A stretch of 64,000 nucleotides of DNA from assembly GCA_010909165.1 (NCBI GenBank), contig VJWM01000273.1, positions 62,001 to 126,000 on the forward strand. The letters are read 5' to 3'. Under the pieces are notes generated by a model. That model was not told where the DNA came from and made no database searches. It was given only the letters and a program-made list of their open reading frames with translations. The first letter of the stretch is position 1; each line of letters begins with the position of its first letter. Origin of the DNA: Anthoceros angustus (taxonomy: Eukaryota; Plantae; Anthocerotophyta). Below, in pieces: positions 1 through 12,420 of this stretch. The translations under genes and the position numbers were made by a program.

Positions 1-1240
1 TTGGCCACGGCCTGCTCTTCCTTCCCGCTCGCCTCCGTAGGGCGGCCCTTCCGTAGCGCCTCTCCTCTTCCTCCTTCAGGAGGTGTTCATGTGCCCCACA
101 CATGGATGATGAACCATAACGCCGACGGGGTGGCTTCTCACTCTCGCCTTCCCGAGCCTCCGTGCTGATTCTTGCGAAGATGATCCCCGCCTCACCGCTG
201 CTTCCTCTCGTAGAAGTCGTGGAGGAACAAGAGATTATCCCCAAGGTGGTCCACCTTGGTGAGCATATTGGACGGTGATCTTCGCCACGATCGCATCTCC
301 TCGCCGAGGAGGTCCGGCATTAGCCACCCATTGGAGGATCGCCCCTAGTCGCAAGAGGGCCGCCCGCCGCCACCTTCCTTCACCTTCAGGCCCCGAACCA
401 CTCCCCATTCACTGGGCGGTTCTAAACTGCCTCAGACCTCCACGGCCCACCTCTTGGGTCCTCCTGTGTTCTTAGAGCGACTCCTTGTTGGCCGCTGCCA
501 AAGATCTTCCCGCATACCCCTGACTAGCGACGTACTGTCAAGGTCCTGAAAATATCCAGTGTAGTCCTCCACCAGCCTCCTCCGCCTCCTCCAGCCCATG
601 CATCAAGTCGAGGTAGTGCTTGGTGATGATGTTGCTCCACCAAGCGCCATGGCTCCTACACCGCTTTCTTGGGTCCCATCTCCGCCTCTTGTTCTGCCAT
701 TATTGCTTAAGGCTCAACAATTTGTTCCTCCGCACAAGGCCGCTGTTCCAACCACAAGGTCGAGCAGCGTGAGGGTGCCTCGAGCGCCAAAAGACAACGC
801 CAGAGCCGGTGTCCAGCGTGAGAGATCGCGAGAACCGCCACGGTTGTTTTGGAAGAATGACCTCCTCCTCGACCCACTCCGTCGACAAGAATATGCCAAG
901 GGCGCGGCTCTCGCCAGTAATCGCCGAGGCTCGCATGGCTTACTTCCACCTTACGCCTTCGCCATTACTGCCTCACAAATTTTAGCTCATACGCCACTAC
1001 AGATTTCTGAGCGTGAATACCGCTTACACCGTGCAAACTTTGCCGCCCTCAATCGCATGCCCGCCACCTCCGCACTGGCCCACGGGCTCGCCTAAAATAC
1101 ACCCGACTCCTAAGTTACTTTTACCTCGATGCACTGTCTCGGCCCGAGTGTAGTCCCGACCACTCCAGCACTTGTGGTGCGGTCCGCCTCCGTGAGAGTG
1201 TAGTCCAGGCTCTCCGGAGTGCTCCGAGTCCTTCGCTTAC

Positions 1241-1390
1241 TCCGGAGTCCTTCGGCCTACTCCGGAGTCCTCCGACCTAATCCGGAGTCCTCCGACCCAC
1301 TCCGGAGTCCTCCGACCCACTCCAAAGTCCTCCGACCCACTCCGGAGTCCTCCGACCCACTCCGAAGTCCTTTGACCTACTCCGGAGTGC
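1241..1390. repeat. 20-bp tandem array (tccggagtcctccgacccac), ~7.5 units
   Basis: Units start exactly at 1241, 1261, 1281, 1301, 1321, 1341, 1361 and 1381. Confidence 0.95.
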
Positions 1391-1449
1391 AGTCCGGAGC
1401 ACTCCGGACTTATTCCTTCCTTTCCGCCTTATTTTCCACTCCGCGCCTA

Positions 1450-3770
1450 TGAAAAAAACAAAACCTAACTCATTTCCTACCCTAGGGGAGAGTCCGCACC
1501 AGCAGGACAAAGTTGCTTTTCCACCGTGGGTGCTTGGCCGAGATTCAGAAGGGCGAGAGAGAACTCGCAATTGGGGAGAGTAGCTCCTTCCTCAGTGCTA
1601 GCTATGAAAAGGCGCCATGCCCCGAGCTGGCAGTGGGGAAGGAACCGCCCCGCACAAGGGCTCCTCCTTGCCAAGACCAGAGTCGCTACCGCCAGTGGAG
1701 AAGATTTTGAGACGCCACAATTTACATGCTTGGCAAATGCCTCAATCCTAGAGACTTGGTAGATTTCGCAATGAGGAGGAGAACATCCACTGGGATGGGT
1801 GTATGGCCGCCAAAGAGGCTCACACCAATTTGGAATTGATTGAGGAGTGTTACATCAACCTCCATCAATCTGGGCAGCCTTGTCGCTGTCGAGAGGAATG
1901 CCTGACCGATCCTCGCCGACAAATCGAGTATTCCAAGTATATGGGGAGACCTGAGGAGGAGCCTGTGATTGCTTTCCTTGAGAGGGACAATGGAGGAAGA
2001 GGATCTCCTCTCGTAAAATTCCGCAGGAGGTCCTAGATGTGATGGACGGAGGGGTGAAGGCCACGCCAAGAACGGCTTGAAGACTCAAAGATCAAGGAGT
2101 CAAGTGGAGGCTCTTTGCCAAAATTGTGTTGGGGTTGTGAATCATCAACGGACCTTATTTCAGCACCAACTTCCTCCGCCGTGGAAGATTTCACAGGAGC
2201 CAAGCCGGATTGGGGCACCATCATGTATGAGGCCTATACATCACAGAGAAGCTTAGGCCAAAATTGTGGATGAGGAAGGACCGTAATGCTATCTTAGCAC
2301 CTATTTGTGCACTTAGGGAGACTCTCAACCAAGAGCTTGAGGATGCTTGGCATCCTTCAAGATTATCCATCTCCAAATAAGCTTAGAGCGGCCTACCTTT
2401 CGCTCTAAGGAAGACATGGAGGACAAACCTCCACAAGGACCCTAGGGACCGAGAGCGGAGGAGGCGGAGGCAACAAGGTTGCCGGAGGGAGGCCTTCCCA
2501 CAAGAGGAGCAAGGAAGGGGAGCAAGATCTGGCCAGAGGCCAAGTGGTAGTCTATGAGGGGCGTGACTACCACCAGATGGGTGATTTACCCCAAGGGTGG
2601 AGGAGTCCCCACCATCGTGTGCCTAGGAAGAGGCACCCGTGAGCCACTCCCTAGGGGAGGCGCATCAGGCGCCCATCACGAGGTGTGCTGTGCCAGGGTA
2701 GGTCTCACCCCACCGCGAGGGTGCTACCATGCAGAGGGGAAGAGGAAGGAAGGGGCGGGGCGTCATGAGGCAAGGCGCCCAGCCACCATCAATCATACCA
2801 AGGGAGAGCGGATGGGCAATCTGTGAGGCCCACGCCATCGCACATGGCCCGGTGGAGGTGGAAAGGCTGGAAATTTCAAAGAAGAGGCCAAAGAAGGGGC
2901 GGAATTTGGGCCCCTAGAGATTTGGCCGAGTGTTTGGCACTCACCGAGTGGATTTGAAGGGGCTAGGGAATTAACAGCCACCTATGGGCATGTCAGGAGG
3001 AAATTCGCTTAATAAGGCCCAAGAGATGACAGAGAGGAGAGCAGGGACCAAATGGCAATTGGAGGCCATGGAGTCCAAGGAAGGGGCGCCCAAGTTGGAG
3101 AAGGTCTGTGGAGAAGCTTCAGCGACCTGTGGATCAGCCAAGTGAGAAGGTCTTGAGGGAAGGTTGGCTCAAACCAAGAGAGCTGGCCCGAGCGACTACC
3201 TAACGGGACTCATGGAGGCAAAGGCGGAGGAGCACTTTGCCCACCTAGAGTGTGAAAGGAAGAGCAAAATCGAGGCTCTAGGGAGAGAAAACAAAGCGGT
3301 TCAGCAAGTGGATACAAGAACAAGTGATGGCTACTAAGCCATCAAGATCCGGACATGGAAGAAACGCGAAGAACCCAGATAATTTGGAGGAGAAGCCGGA
3401 GCTAGAAGCTCAAGACCAAAGAACGTAGGAGTTGAGCGTGAAGAGTGCTTGGCAAGCGGAGAGGAAGAGCTTGCTCAACAACTAGGGACTTGGAGGAGGA
3501 GGAGGAGGAGGAAGAGCACCTTAAGAAGGTGGTGCATAGAATGTGGGTGAGGAAGGAAGGTTTTGGGCGATTATGCCCTTCAAGCAAAGTTGGCCAACCA
3601 TGAGGGAAGCACAGAGGAGAATGTGACCCTCCATGTGAAGGTGGGAGAATCACCACCTCAAGGGATGCCTAAGGGTAGGTGTGAAGATGGAGAGTGGCCC
3701 AATGAATTGATGATCTCCAAATGCAATATCATAGTCCTGGGCGCCCATCTTCACAACAGATATTGAAGGC
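1450..3770 (+). pseudogene. Frameshifted orphan retroelement ORF (conserved N-terminal domain plus coiled-coil C-terminus), copy A
   Basis: Pieces such as AHTNLELIEECYINLHQSG and DYALQAKLANH...EENVTLHVKVGE recur in copies B and C; copy D shares the DWG-YEAY-YL block. Confidence 0.6.
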
Positions 3771-4999
3771 CAACAACGGCAGCTGCGCACAAGAGGAGGA
3801 CAATAGGTCCTGCGATGATGATAGGAAGGAGCTGGGTGCAGCAAACCGGATGCCTGACTTTGATGAGGCTAATATGACATGGACTGAGGAGTCCTGAGAG
3901 TCGGACCTGGAGGAGAAACGCTGCAGCCCAAGAAGGAAGATGGCGCTGAAAGCAAGGAGGGGATGCCTCACCATAGGGGGTCACCCCACCACTCAGAACC
4001 GCTGACTACTGTAGGGCTGCCACCCCACGCCTAGTTCATCGTGGGTGGAATCTCGTGTCCCGAGACACTGGAGGTCCACATTCACCCTCAATGTCGCTAG
4101 GCTTAGGATCTCCCAAGGGAATGGTTTTGTGCCAAGAGACGCTAACTTCTATCACACCGACCGCCCAGCTAAGTCGTACTTACCCCCCTCACACCCATCT
4201 ACTCAACCACTACTACCTCGCTTGTCCAACTACCACGGATCTAACTCCCGACTGCCCCCTCCACACGCGGTAGTCCGCCACTACCGGTAGTGGAACAACA
4301 CGAGGTGGGTCCCACACCAAACCCTAGCGACATTTCGCGGGATCTCACGGGTTGCCCACCCGTAGTCCGGGTGATATTCTACCCCTGCACACTATGCCCA
4401 CACACCGATTCCCCGACACCGGGACCTAGTTCCCTACCTCAATCCACACACACACACACACAAGGGCACACCATTATTTCCTCCAGGAAAACTTCCCTGA
4501 CTTCCTTCAGCAAGACACTCAATTGCGATTCTTACACACCAATTCCACCATGACCTCTCAATTAGTTCTCTTCCTTCCCACTCTTCACACCTCGCATCGC
4601 TGCATGGTTTAATCTCTCCTTCCCCACCGCCTCACTCCTTCTCTCTCTCGATTCGCCTCAGCATCCACCACTCACACTGCACTTCAATGAACACAACCAG
4701 AAAGAAGCAAGGAGAAGAACCTGGGCCACAAGAAGCACGAGCAAGCTCCGCACCCGCCCGCCAATCCCTTGGTTCCTCCCTTTGTCGCCAAGATTGCTGA
4801 TCGCCCTCCTCCTCCACCATGGAGCAAGCTCTCGACCACCCCTAGGAGCCCCTCGCACCCCCGCCTCGCTAATTGGACGCTCCAACCAGCCATGTGGGGA
4901 TCTCAACCAGAATTATCCGTGAGGGACATCTCTTATATACCGGGCACGCCATGCCCGGATTTTAGGTCCTAAGATGGCTATGAAGGGACGCGCCACAAT

Positions 5000-7350
5000 T
5001 CGGAGCGATCCTAGGTCCAGGCAAGATCCTAACCAAATTATCTTTAGGATTGCTATCACCTCCGCACGCCATCTCGCGCCCTCCTCGACTTGGCCCTGCC
5101 CCGTCCTCCATTGCGCCGCCACGAGCCTCCTCGCCACCGATCCGATGTGTTTTCCCACACTACTTCCACCTCACCGGACGCCCTAATTTGAGGTGTACCG
5201 CCTGGAGCTTCCGCCTTCCGCTGGCCGCCTATTGCCGAGGATTATTACTGCCTCGCCCACCCAAGCTCGACCTCCTCCTCACTTAACTCCTCCAAAGTCG
5301 CCTCCGTGACAATAGGGAGCCAACCCCGCAGGTAGAAGTATGCACTTCGGGTCCTCACTTGAGAGGTAGGCCCCGATCCCTCCTATTTCCACACGCACAT
5401 GGATGGAGGTTACGCTGCCTCCATTCACATATAGACCAGAACATAAGTTTCCTCATCCATGTGCCGAGAATATAATAGGACCTCTCAGAGAGGTGCTTAC
5501 CCCTCCTCCCGTAGGCTACACCGTTGCTCGCCATGTCCTCGCGAGGCGCCGTCATCCCGCCCGCCATGCCGCTCAGTTGCGCCAATGAGCGCCATCATGC
5601 GTGACTCTCCACGACCGTCCTGCTCAAAGAACCCCGTAGGTGAGGTTTCTACCCTGCTGTCGCCTTCCTCGTAGTTCCTTCCACTACCCCTGTGGTCCCG
5701 CTACCCGCCTCTTCCCTTTGTCTTTCTCCCGCCACGTGCCTCATCCCGCCTCCCGCTTATATCGCCTCCGCTAGCTTATGGGCCTTTTCCACCGAGGCCG
5801 CCTCGCCTCGGCTCGCAACAACTCCGCATCTCCCGGTTCGGGCATCCTTAATTTGAGCCATGAGTGCTTCTCACTGCTCGTCATGGCTTGCAACTTCTCC
5901 CGGCCCCGCATAATCTTCTTGAATCTTGGCCCTTATTTCCTCTAGGTTCCGCTTGTCTTCCTCCAGCTTGCTTGCGCCTCCTCTTCACAAACCCGCCTTC
6001 ACCACTTCCTCCCGCCGCCGCACATCGAGCCGTGAGAGCTAAAGCCGCTTGATCCAACAACCGCTTGGGCCCGGATCATCGGCCGGGCCCCGCAAGTCCA
6101 CTTGCGGGCCCGCCGCCGACGCCATCCCTCCGTCGAGAACTTTCCCCAAGGTGCGCACCTCACCAATTCGGCATCCACCGCTGCTGCTGGAGTCCCTTGA
6201 AAATCTCTTCCCATGCCGAGGAGGGGTCCGCTCGAGGTCACCTAAACCCTCCGGAGTTGATTCATCATCCGCATCCGTGAAAATTGTCCTCTGGATCGCG
6301 CCTCCTCTTCGCCACCTCAACCGCTTGGCCTTCATTTTCAGAGCGCCTGCTGACCTGGTGACGCCGCTTCACCTTTTCACGATGCCCGCCTTCACCCCGG
6401 TCTTCCTCTTTGCTGAATTTCCTTCCTCCTCCGAACCGCCTGCCGCCACCGACTCCCAATCCGATCCGATTTCCTCCTTGGGCTCCTCCGCCCATTTCAC
6501 CTCCCTAACCGGCTTCCACATGTGGAGGGAGGCCACAATTCCACCTCCGCGCTAGCGACATAAAGATGGACCAAATGGTGAAATTAGAGAGGGCCGAGGG
6601 TAGAGAAATCAGTTCAACCTCTTCACACAACTTGTCAAGAGAATTCGCCTCAATCGATCCCCTTGACCACTTCATGAAGGAACAAAGAAGAAGTGGTCGA
6701 CAAATAATCCCGCTTTGTGTCATAGGAAACATAGGAGCCATCCGCCATCATCACTGCTACAACCTCCACCATTGGTTCCCGCTACTTTAACCAGGCGGCG
6801 CCGCTGCTTCTTTCCCGGACTCCCACCCCAAACCGCCTCCTCCCCCCGCGCCATACACCCTCCTAACCACCTGTGTCCCAATCTGGCTTCGCCCACCCCG
6901 CCTGCTTGTCCTTCGTGTGCGACACCCCGCACTCCCCAAGTTCATGTAATTCCACCGCTCTTCCATGAAACCCAAGCTCAGCCTTCACACCTACTAACTT
7001 TCCAATGATCCATGTTTGGCCATTGGGCATAACTCACTGGGACCTTGGGCGCCATCCTCCACGGTCTCCCGGTCTCGCCCAAACCAACGCACGCGAATGG
7101 GGGTCCCTGTGGTTCCTACTCAAAGGCACTGCCGTAGCGCCTTCCTCCTCTAGCCCGCGATGTCGGATGGGGGTTCGAGCTCCTTCCTTCGTGGTGCGCC
7201 CGCGCCTCCCGCAGATCGCGTTCTCCTGATGCCCCTCGACTGCGCTCCCCTCCAGGCCCGCTTCGCCTCCGCCACCGCGCCTGTTTGAACGGACTGCCAT
7301 TTCCTAGGGTTAAGTTTCCTGTGTTCCCTCCTCGACCTCTACCGCCGCCC
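5000..7350 (-). pseudogene. Second frameshifted orphan ORF of the element (homolog at ~20900-23300)
   Basis: Shared peptide fragments between copies, e.g. EATLEELSEEEVxLGWAR and LERTPPRHGKRFSRDS; exact ends uncertain. Confidence 0.35.
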
Positions 7351-9837
7351 CACATCCCAATCCACAACCCCACACTCATTCGCCTATCAATCTTGACTCC
7401 AAGCCTATAGACCTATCACTCCTAATTATACCAACCCCTACCTCACATATATAGACCTTTTAGTGGACATCCTAAGTCCATGGGCCAAGGAACATCGAGT
7501 TCCGGACCCTTATTATCTAACCTAAGAAATAAAAACAAGAAAAACCATAGGCCAAGGACGCTTTTATAAATACCCTTGCCTCACGTCAACCCGACTTATT
7601 TTCACACCACACCGACCAAAAACAAAAAACACTTCAAGGCACATCCTGGTCAGGTTCCGAGTCCGTGACACACATCTACTCGTAAGGTAGGGGCGGTGCC
7701 CGCAGCGCGGGGCTTCGATGGGGAGCTTCCCGGCCCAACGGCCCGGGATGAAGGAGCCGGGGTTCGGTACCAGAAGGAGGCGAGGTGGTGAGAAGTGTCC
7801 GGGAGAGGATCGAGGCGGGTCCCACCGCCGAGAAGGAGGGTGAAGTTCCACCCCACAAGAGCCCGCCGTGATAGGGAGACCAACGCAAAAGGGACCGAGG
7901 AGTTAGTGGCGACATCAGCCAAAGAACAATGAAGACTCTCATGCTCCAAGATAGTATGCCAAACCAAACAGGAGAAAGGAGCAAAGAGGATTCCAACCTG
8001 ACGCCACCATGAGAGGAAGGAAGGAAGAGAGATGGGGACCAGATCACCATAGTAGAGTCACTACCCCTTGTGAGTCTCTGACTACCGTGTAGGGTGCTTA
8101 TAGAAGGAGTGCGGCCGGGCGGCGGAGGTTGGAAAATGGACGCCTCCCCTGCTTTTGACAGAGGAATCACGCCGCCTCAACCATGTAAGGGGCAACATGG
8201 TAGCCGCCAAAGCTAGGAAGAGAGCACTTGGGAGGGCTTTGCAAAAAGACAAGAGAGCCAATCAGAACGCAAAGTTTGGGCAACTAAATTCAAAAGAGCT
8301 ATTTTAACAAACAAGTTGAGGCTAAAAATGATTAAGAGAGCATGTCGAAATTCTTCAAAACCTAAGTCAAGTTGTAGGATATTGTTAGAATAGAAGATAT
8401 CGCCAGACAGAATCGGGCCAAACGACCTAGCGGGCGAGGGATAGGTGCACTCAAGGATGCCGCCAATGTCACATCGGACGAACACCTCGAGTCAGACTCC
8501 TGTTTCTGTGGTAGCACCGGACTATCAGAGTGAAGCGGATGAGCAGCCGCAGCCGTAGCCGTGGCAGCTATCCCTCCGCCCCCAGGCATACTTGCTTTCT
8601 CCACCGATGCTGCGCGTTTCGGATCCCCTGGCAGCATTGCCAACTGGCTGATGGAAACTACCGCAGGCCTCCATAGCAATCTATCTCTCCGATGGTTTGC
8701 TGCAGCTTCCGCAGTCCCGCTGTCGGCGCCAGGAGTCTGCAGCAGGCATGCCAATGATCTGCGTTTCACTGGAGGGTCACTGTGCACCTGAGCAGACCTT
8801 CGAGCTCCGCCACCTGCCGCCCCTGCCGCAGCCCGGGGTGACGGTGGACTCCTGGAGTCCATCAAGCTATGGCGAAACGAAAAGTGGCAGGAATGTCGAA
8901 TTTTGGTTGACATGTCAGGAGGGCTGCCTGTCACCGGTCGTGCCAGTAATCACCCGGTCGCCACGGCGGCTTTAGACCTGAACGGCGTCGCCTGTTCTTT
9001 GATCGTCGGAGAGGGGATCGTTGGTGCCGGTGTGTCATAGTGCCTCTGCAGCATCGCCTCAGTAGCCTCTGCAGCCTCAGCGCCATGAACTCCCTGTTGA
9101 TGCAGGTATGTTGCGTCCTCTCTCCTCACGTGTTGCTCACTGTCATGTCGGCTGGGGCCTTAGGTCTGATGGTTTGTTGATGGTAGGAGCGCGCTTGCTG
9201 GGAAGTAGCCTCGGATTGCTGTTTGGGCTGGGGTTTTCGCTTATCAGGAGAAGATGCTATGGCATTCCACGGCTGAGCTAGCGGGCACACTTTCCGGCGG
9301 ACGTCTACCCCACCTCGCCCTGTGGAGGTAGGTGTAAATCTGAAATTCCAAGCGAATGCAGAAAGTCATGGCACATTGTCTGTAAACCAGTGCCTGGATG
9401 GTTGCAGGAGCCCATGTTCGGCAGCAGGCCCGTGCCAGAATAGGGCATGAATGGAATGTTGCTGTGGACCGGACGCTTGGGGCTTTGGTAGCTGGACTGG
9501 GCTCCAAGGGCTGGTAGAGCATCCCTCGCTCGTCTGCTGCTGCCTCAACATCTCTTACATACAACGTATGTGGGCTCTTGCACTGTGATTCCATCAACCC
9601 ATTGTACAAAACAAGAGGAAAGGCAAAATCTATGCAAGTATTACGTCTGTGTGTTTCGTAGCGGAGGGGACATCAAACTTGTACCCAGGCTGCCTCTCGA
9701 AGGCAGCATTGGTTGCAGGAGTCGGAGGCAGGAAACGGGCAGCTACTCCCAGCGTCATGACAGAGAAGTTGGCTGCGCTGTGACCTGCCTTCCAACCTGT
9801 CGAGAACCCTTCAGCCTCGACCTTCGTCTCCTGGAAC

Positions 9838-9920
9838 CTGAGGTGCCTGCCATCTTTCCTGATGTGCCTGCCATCTTTCCTGAGGTGACTGCCACCTTCT
9901 TGAGGTGCCTGCCGCCTTCC
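9838..9920. repeat. 21-bp tandem repeat x4 (gaggtgcctgccatctttcct)
   Basis: Direct reading; + frame gives PEVPAIFPDVPAIFPEVTATF. Confidence 0.85.
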
Positions 9921-10330
9921 CTGGTTTTCCCAAATTACAAGTTTTCAGGGCTCTCCAAATTTTGGACCTAGTCTACTTTGCCATTTCACGGGTCCCAAAG
10001 TCTTCGAGCTTCTTTTAGTGAAATTATCCGAAATCATTTCATTTTTAATACGAATGGCTAACACGAGTGGATCAGCGAATGGACGATATCGTCAATAGAG
10101 ACCCTATAGCAGAGGGCAGCCTACTGGACCATGTACCAATGAGCTTAGGCCTGCTGGGTTCGGAAACCGGGGTACGAAGAAGACCATTCTGAGGTTAATA
10201 AAATTCAGGGCTAAGATATGTGGAAAAAAAAAATCCATTAGGGGCTAAGAATATATTTGAGACATTATAATGGGCTCGAAGTGATCTAAGAAGTGATCAT
10301 TAGGATGAAGCATATATATTGTAGTCCTAA

Positions 10331-10452
10331 GGAAGAGACCATTAGGGTTAAGCACATATGCCCTAGATTGCTAGGGGCTAGGAAGAGAGCATTAGGGTTA
10401 AGCACATATGCCCTAGATTGCTAGGGGCTAAGGAAGAGACCTATTAGGGGCT
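10331..10452. repeat. 50-bp tandem repeat x2 plus a partial unit
   Basis: ggaagagaccattagggttaagcacatatgccctagattgctaggggcta at 10331 and a near-identical unit at 10381. Confidence 0.9.
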
Positions 10453-10982
10453 AAAAATAAATCATTAGAGGTCAAGCATGTATATCGTAGACAACTAGGA
10501 CTAGGACATGGATAAGGAGGAGACAATTGAGAGCTAAAAAGATATCACTAGGAACCATATATAGATGTAGGAGACCACTAGAAGATAAAGATATATATCG
10601 GAGATCATTAGAGCTAGATCTATCCTTAGTCCCTAATGGTCTTTGAAATCATATCTCCTAGTGTCTTTAACGCATTACTAAGAATACATATTAGAAACCA
10701 TGAGGGGCTAACAGATATTAGAGTCCAACAAAAATATACTAGTATATTTTCCGTTGGACTCTAATATGTATTCAAAGTTACAAATGACAATAGGCATTCA
10801 CCAAAATCGAGGCACCATATGTTCCCATTCCAATACTAGTGCTGCGGCATCTCGAGCTTGGCAGCGGACATCAGATTTCAAGAAACATTATAGAAATTTC
10901 CAGATCAGATTTCTAGTAAAATCAAGCACCCCAAATCCTATTTCCACCACACCTGATTTCCACTGCAAACATGGTATTTCTT

Positions 10983-12420
10983 GAAGGGCGTGAATATCCG
11001 AACCCCCTTCTTTTGGTTTTGAACCCCCTTCTCGAATTCGACACAATCCTGAAATAAGCATTTTGGCTATTTTGCGCACAAATACAACCCTTTCTCTGCA
11101 GATGTCAAACCTTAAGGCCTTGTTCGGAATGTCTAGCCGGCTCCCTATACATTCTAAACAAAGAGGTACAATGCTGAAATCCATTGTCACTTTGAAACTA
11201 GTTCACAATTGAAAACCCAACAATTAAAAGGTATGGACAAATGCTGACAAGCTCGCGTCCCATCCACGTATAAGGACAAGTCAAGCGAGAACAAGCACAT
11301 GGAGGTGGCTAGAAAACGATTCATCGTACTAACCGACTCATCCGATGCTGGCGGAATCAATCCATAACAACGGACAAATTTTGAATGCCTCCAGCTCTTG
11401 TTGATCGGGTTGTCGTTCTACCCAAGGCCCTTGAGTCTTCGTTACGTGCCCTAAGGAGCTCTGCCAAGGGTCCCATACATTATCTGTTGGCCTCTACCAA
11501 CAATGCTTGCTTGGTCTTCATCCAATGGGCACTCAAAGAAACCACTTGCGCTTCGTGAGAGTCCTTTCACACGCATACCTTCGCCTTAACTGCAAGTCCT
11601 CTACGGTGGGCCTCAAGGTCAATTCTTCGTCTCGTGCATCTAGAAGAACCTCATACTCATGGATCCTTTATGGAATGTACTTGCACACCTCAAGTCGCCC
11701 TCAATAGCAATACAATTTCGTCTCAGCAAGAAGGCTGCTAATAAAGTTGTCCCACTACATGTATCCAAAACCCAACTCTTTGGAGAAGGTTTTGATAAGT
11801 TTCATCATCAGTCGGCCTCTGTATGATACACCACCAACTTGTCATGTGACATGTACATATGTTTTTGAAGCGGTGTCATGAATGATGACCTCCCATTGTT
11901 AAAAGTCCCATGGTGTTTGGTATCATTGCCTATGTCCTTTGTACATGCATCTTTGACGCCCAACCCACACATACTCCACAATTTCAAATTTGCCTCGTCA
12001 TTGTTCATGTTCGTCTTGTCCTATACAAATGAAACTAAGCCCCTTCCTGCTCCATTTTTGCACGCTCTCTAACTGCATGTGCCTCCACATCATCATCATC
12101 ACAATCATCCTAAGTTCATTGCATAGTAGTTTTCCTCAAAGCTCGCAAAACAATATCCATAATTTGCTTGTCCACCTTTTAAAAGTCCATAGGCCCGATG
12201 TCAAACCCCTTGGAACGCTCCATTACGTGGAGTGTGTACTTCCGTCCTTTGAGAAACCTTGCATGTCTAAAACATCTCTACTTTTCACTTGATATTGTGC
12301 CTGCTGTGGATGCAACAATGAAAACCTCCCCTTCCTCTTGGTCCTTGTCCAGTCAAAGCATTCTCAGTTGCCTTCCTTTCCAATTATTTAAAAAATGAAA
12401 TGTTTGAAGACGTCGGAAGT
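10983..12420 (-). mobile_element. Truncated second copy of the methyltransferase-carrying transposon (terminus plus beta-class N6A/N4C MTase domain only)
   Basis: Homologous to 37200-38290. Reads WVLDTCSG|TTLLAAFLLRRNCIAIEGDLRCAS (~11680-11785, one frameshift) and a DVPRGF motif IV after two single-base corrections (~12205-12235). Starts with GAAGGGCGTGAATATCCGAACCC, like the end at 36827. Confidence 0.75.

Larger units (their letters stand above)
1..8458. mobile_element. Copy A of a GC-rich LTR-retrotransposon-like element (orphan ORFs, no gag-pol seen); runs off the window start and is truncated at 8458
   Basis: Colinear with 15839-24477 (position 1 ttggccacgg = 15839; both copies end ...cctagcgggcgagg). 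A putative LTR start TGTCGA follows a purine tract at 8343. Confidence 0.7.

Noticed and set aside
1241-1390. 20-bp array as a CRISPR array
   Set aside because: Units are contiguous with no unique spacers, no cas genes are present, and the context is eukaryotic.
1241-1390. TCCGGA array as the target of the cargo methyltransferase
   Set aside because: The array belongs to a different element; nothing in the sequence links them.
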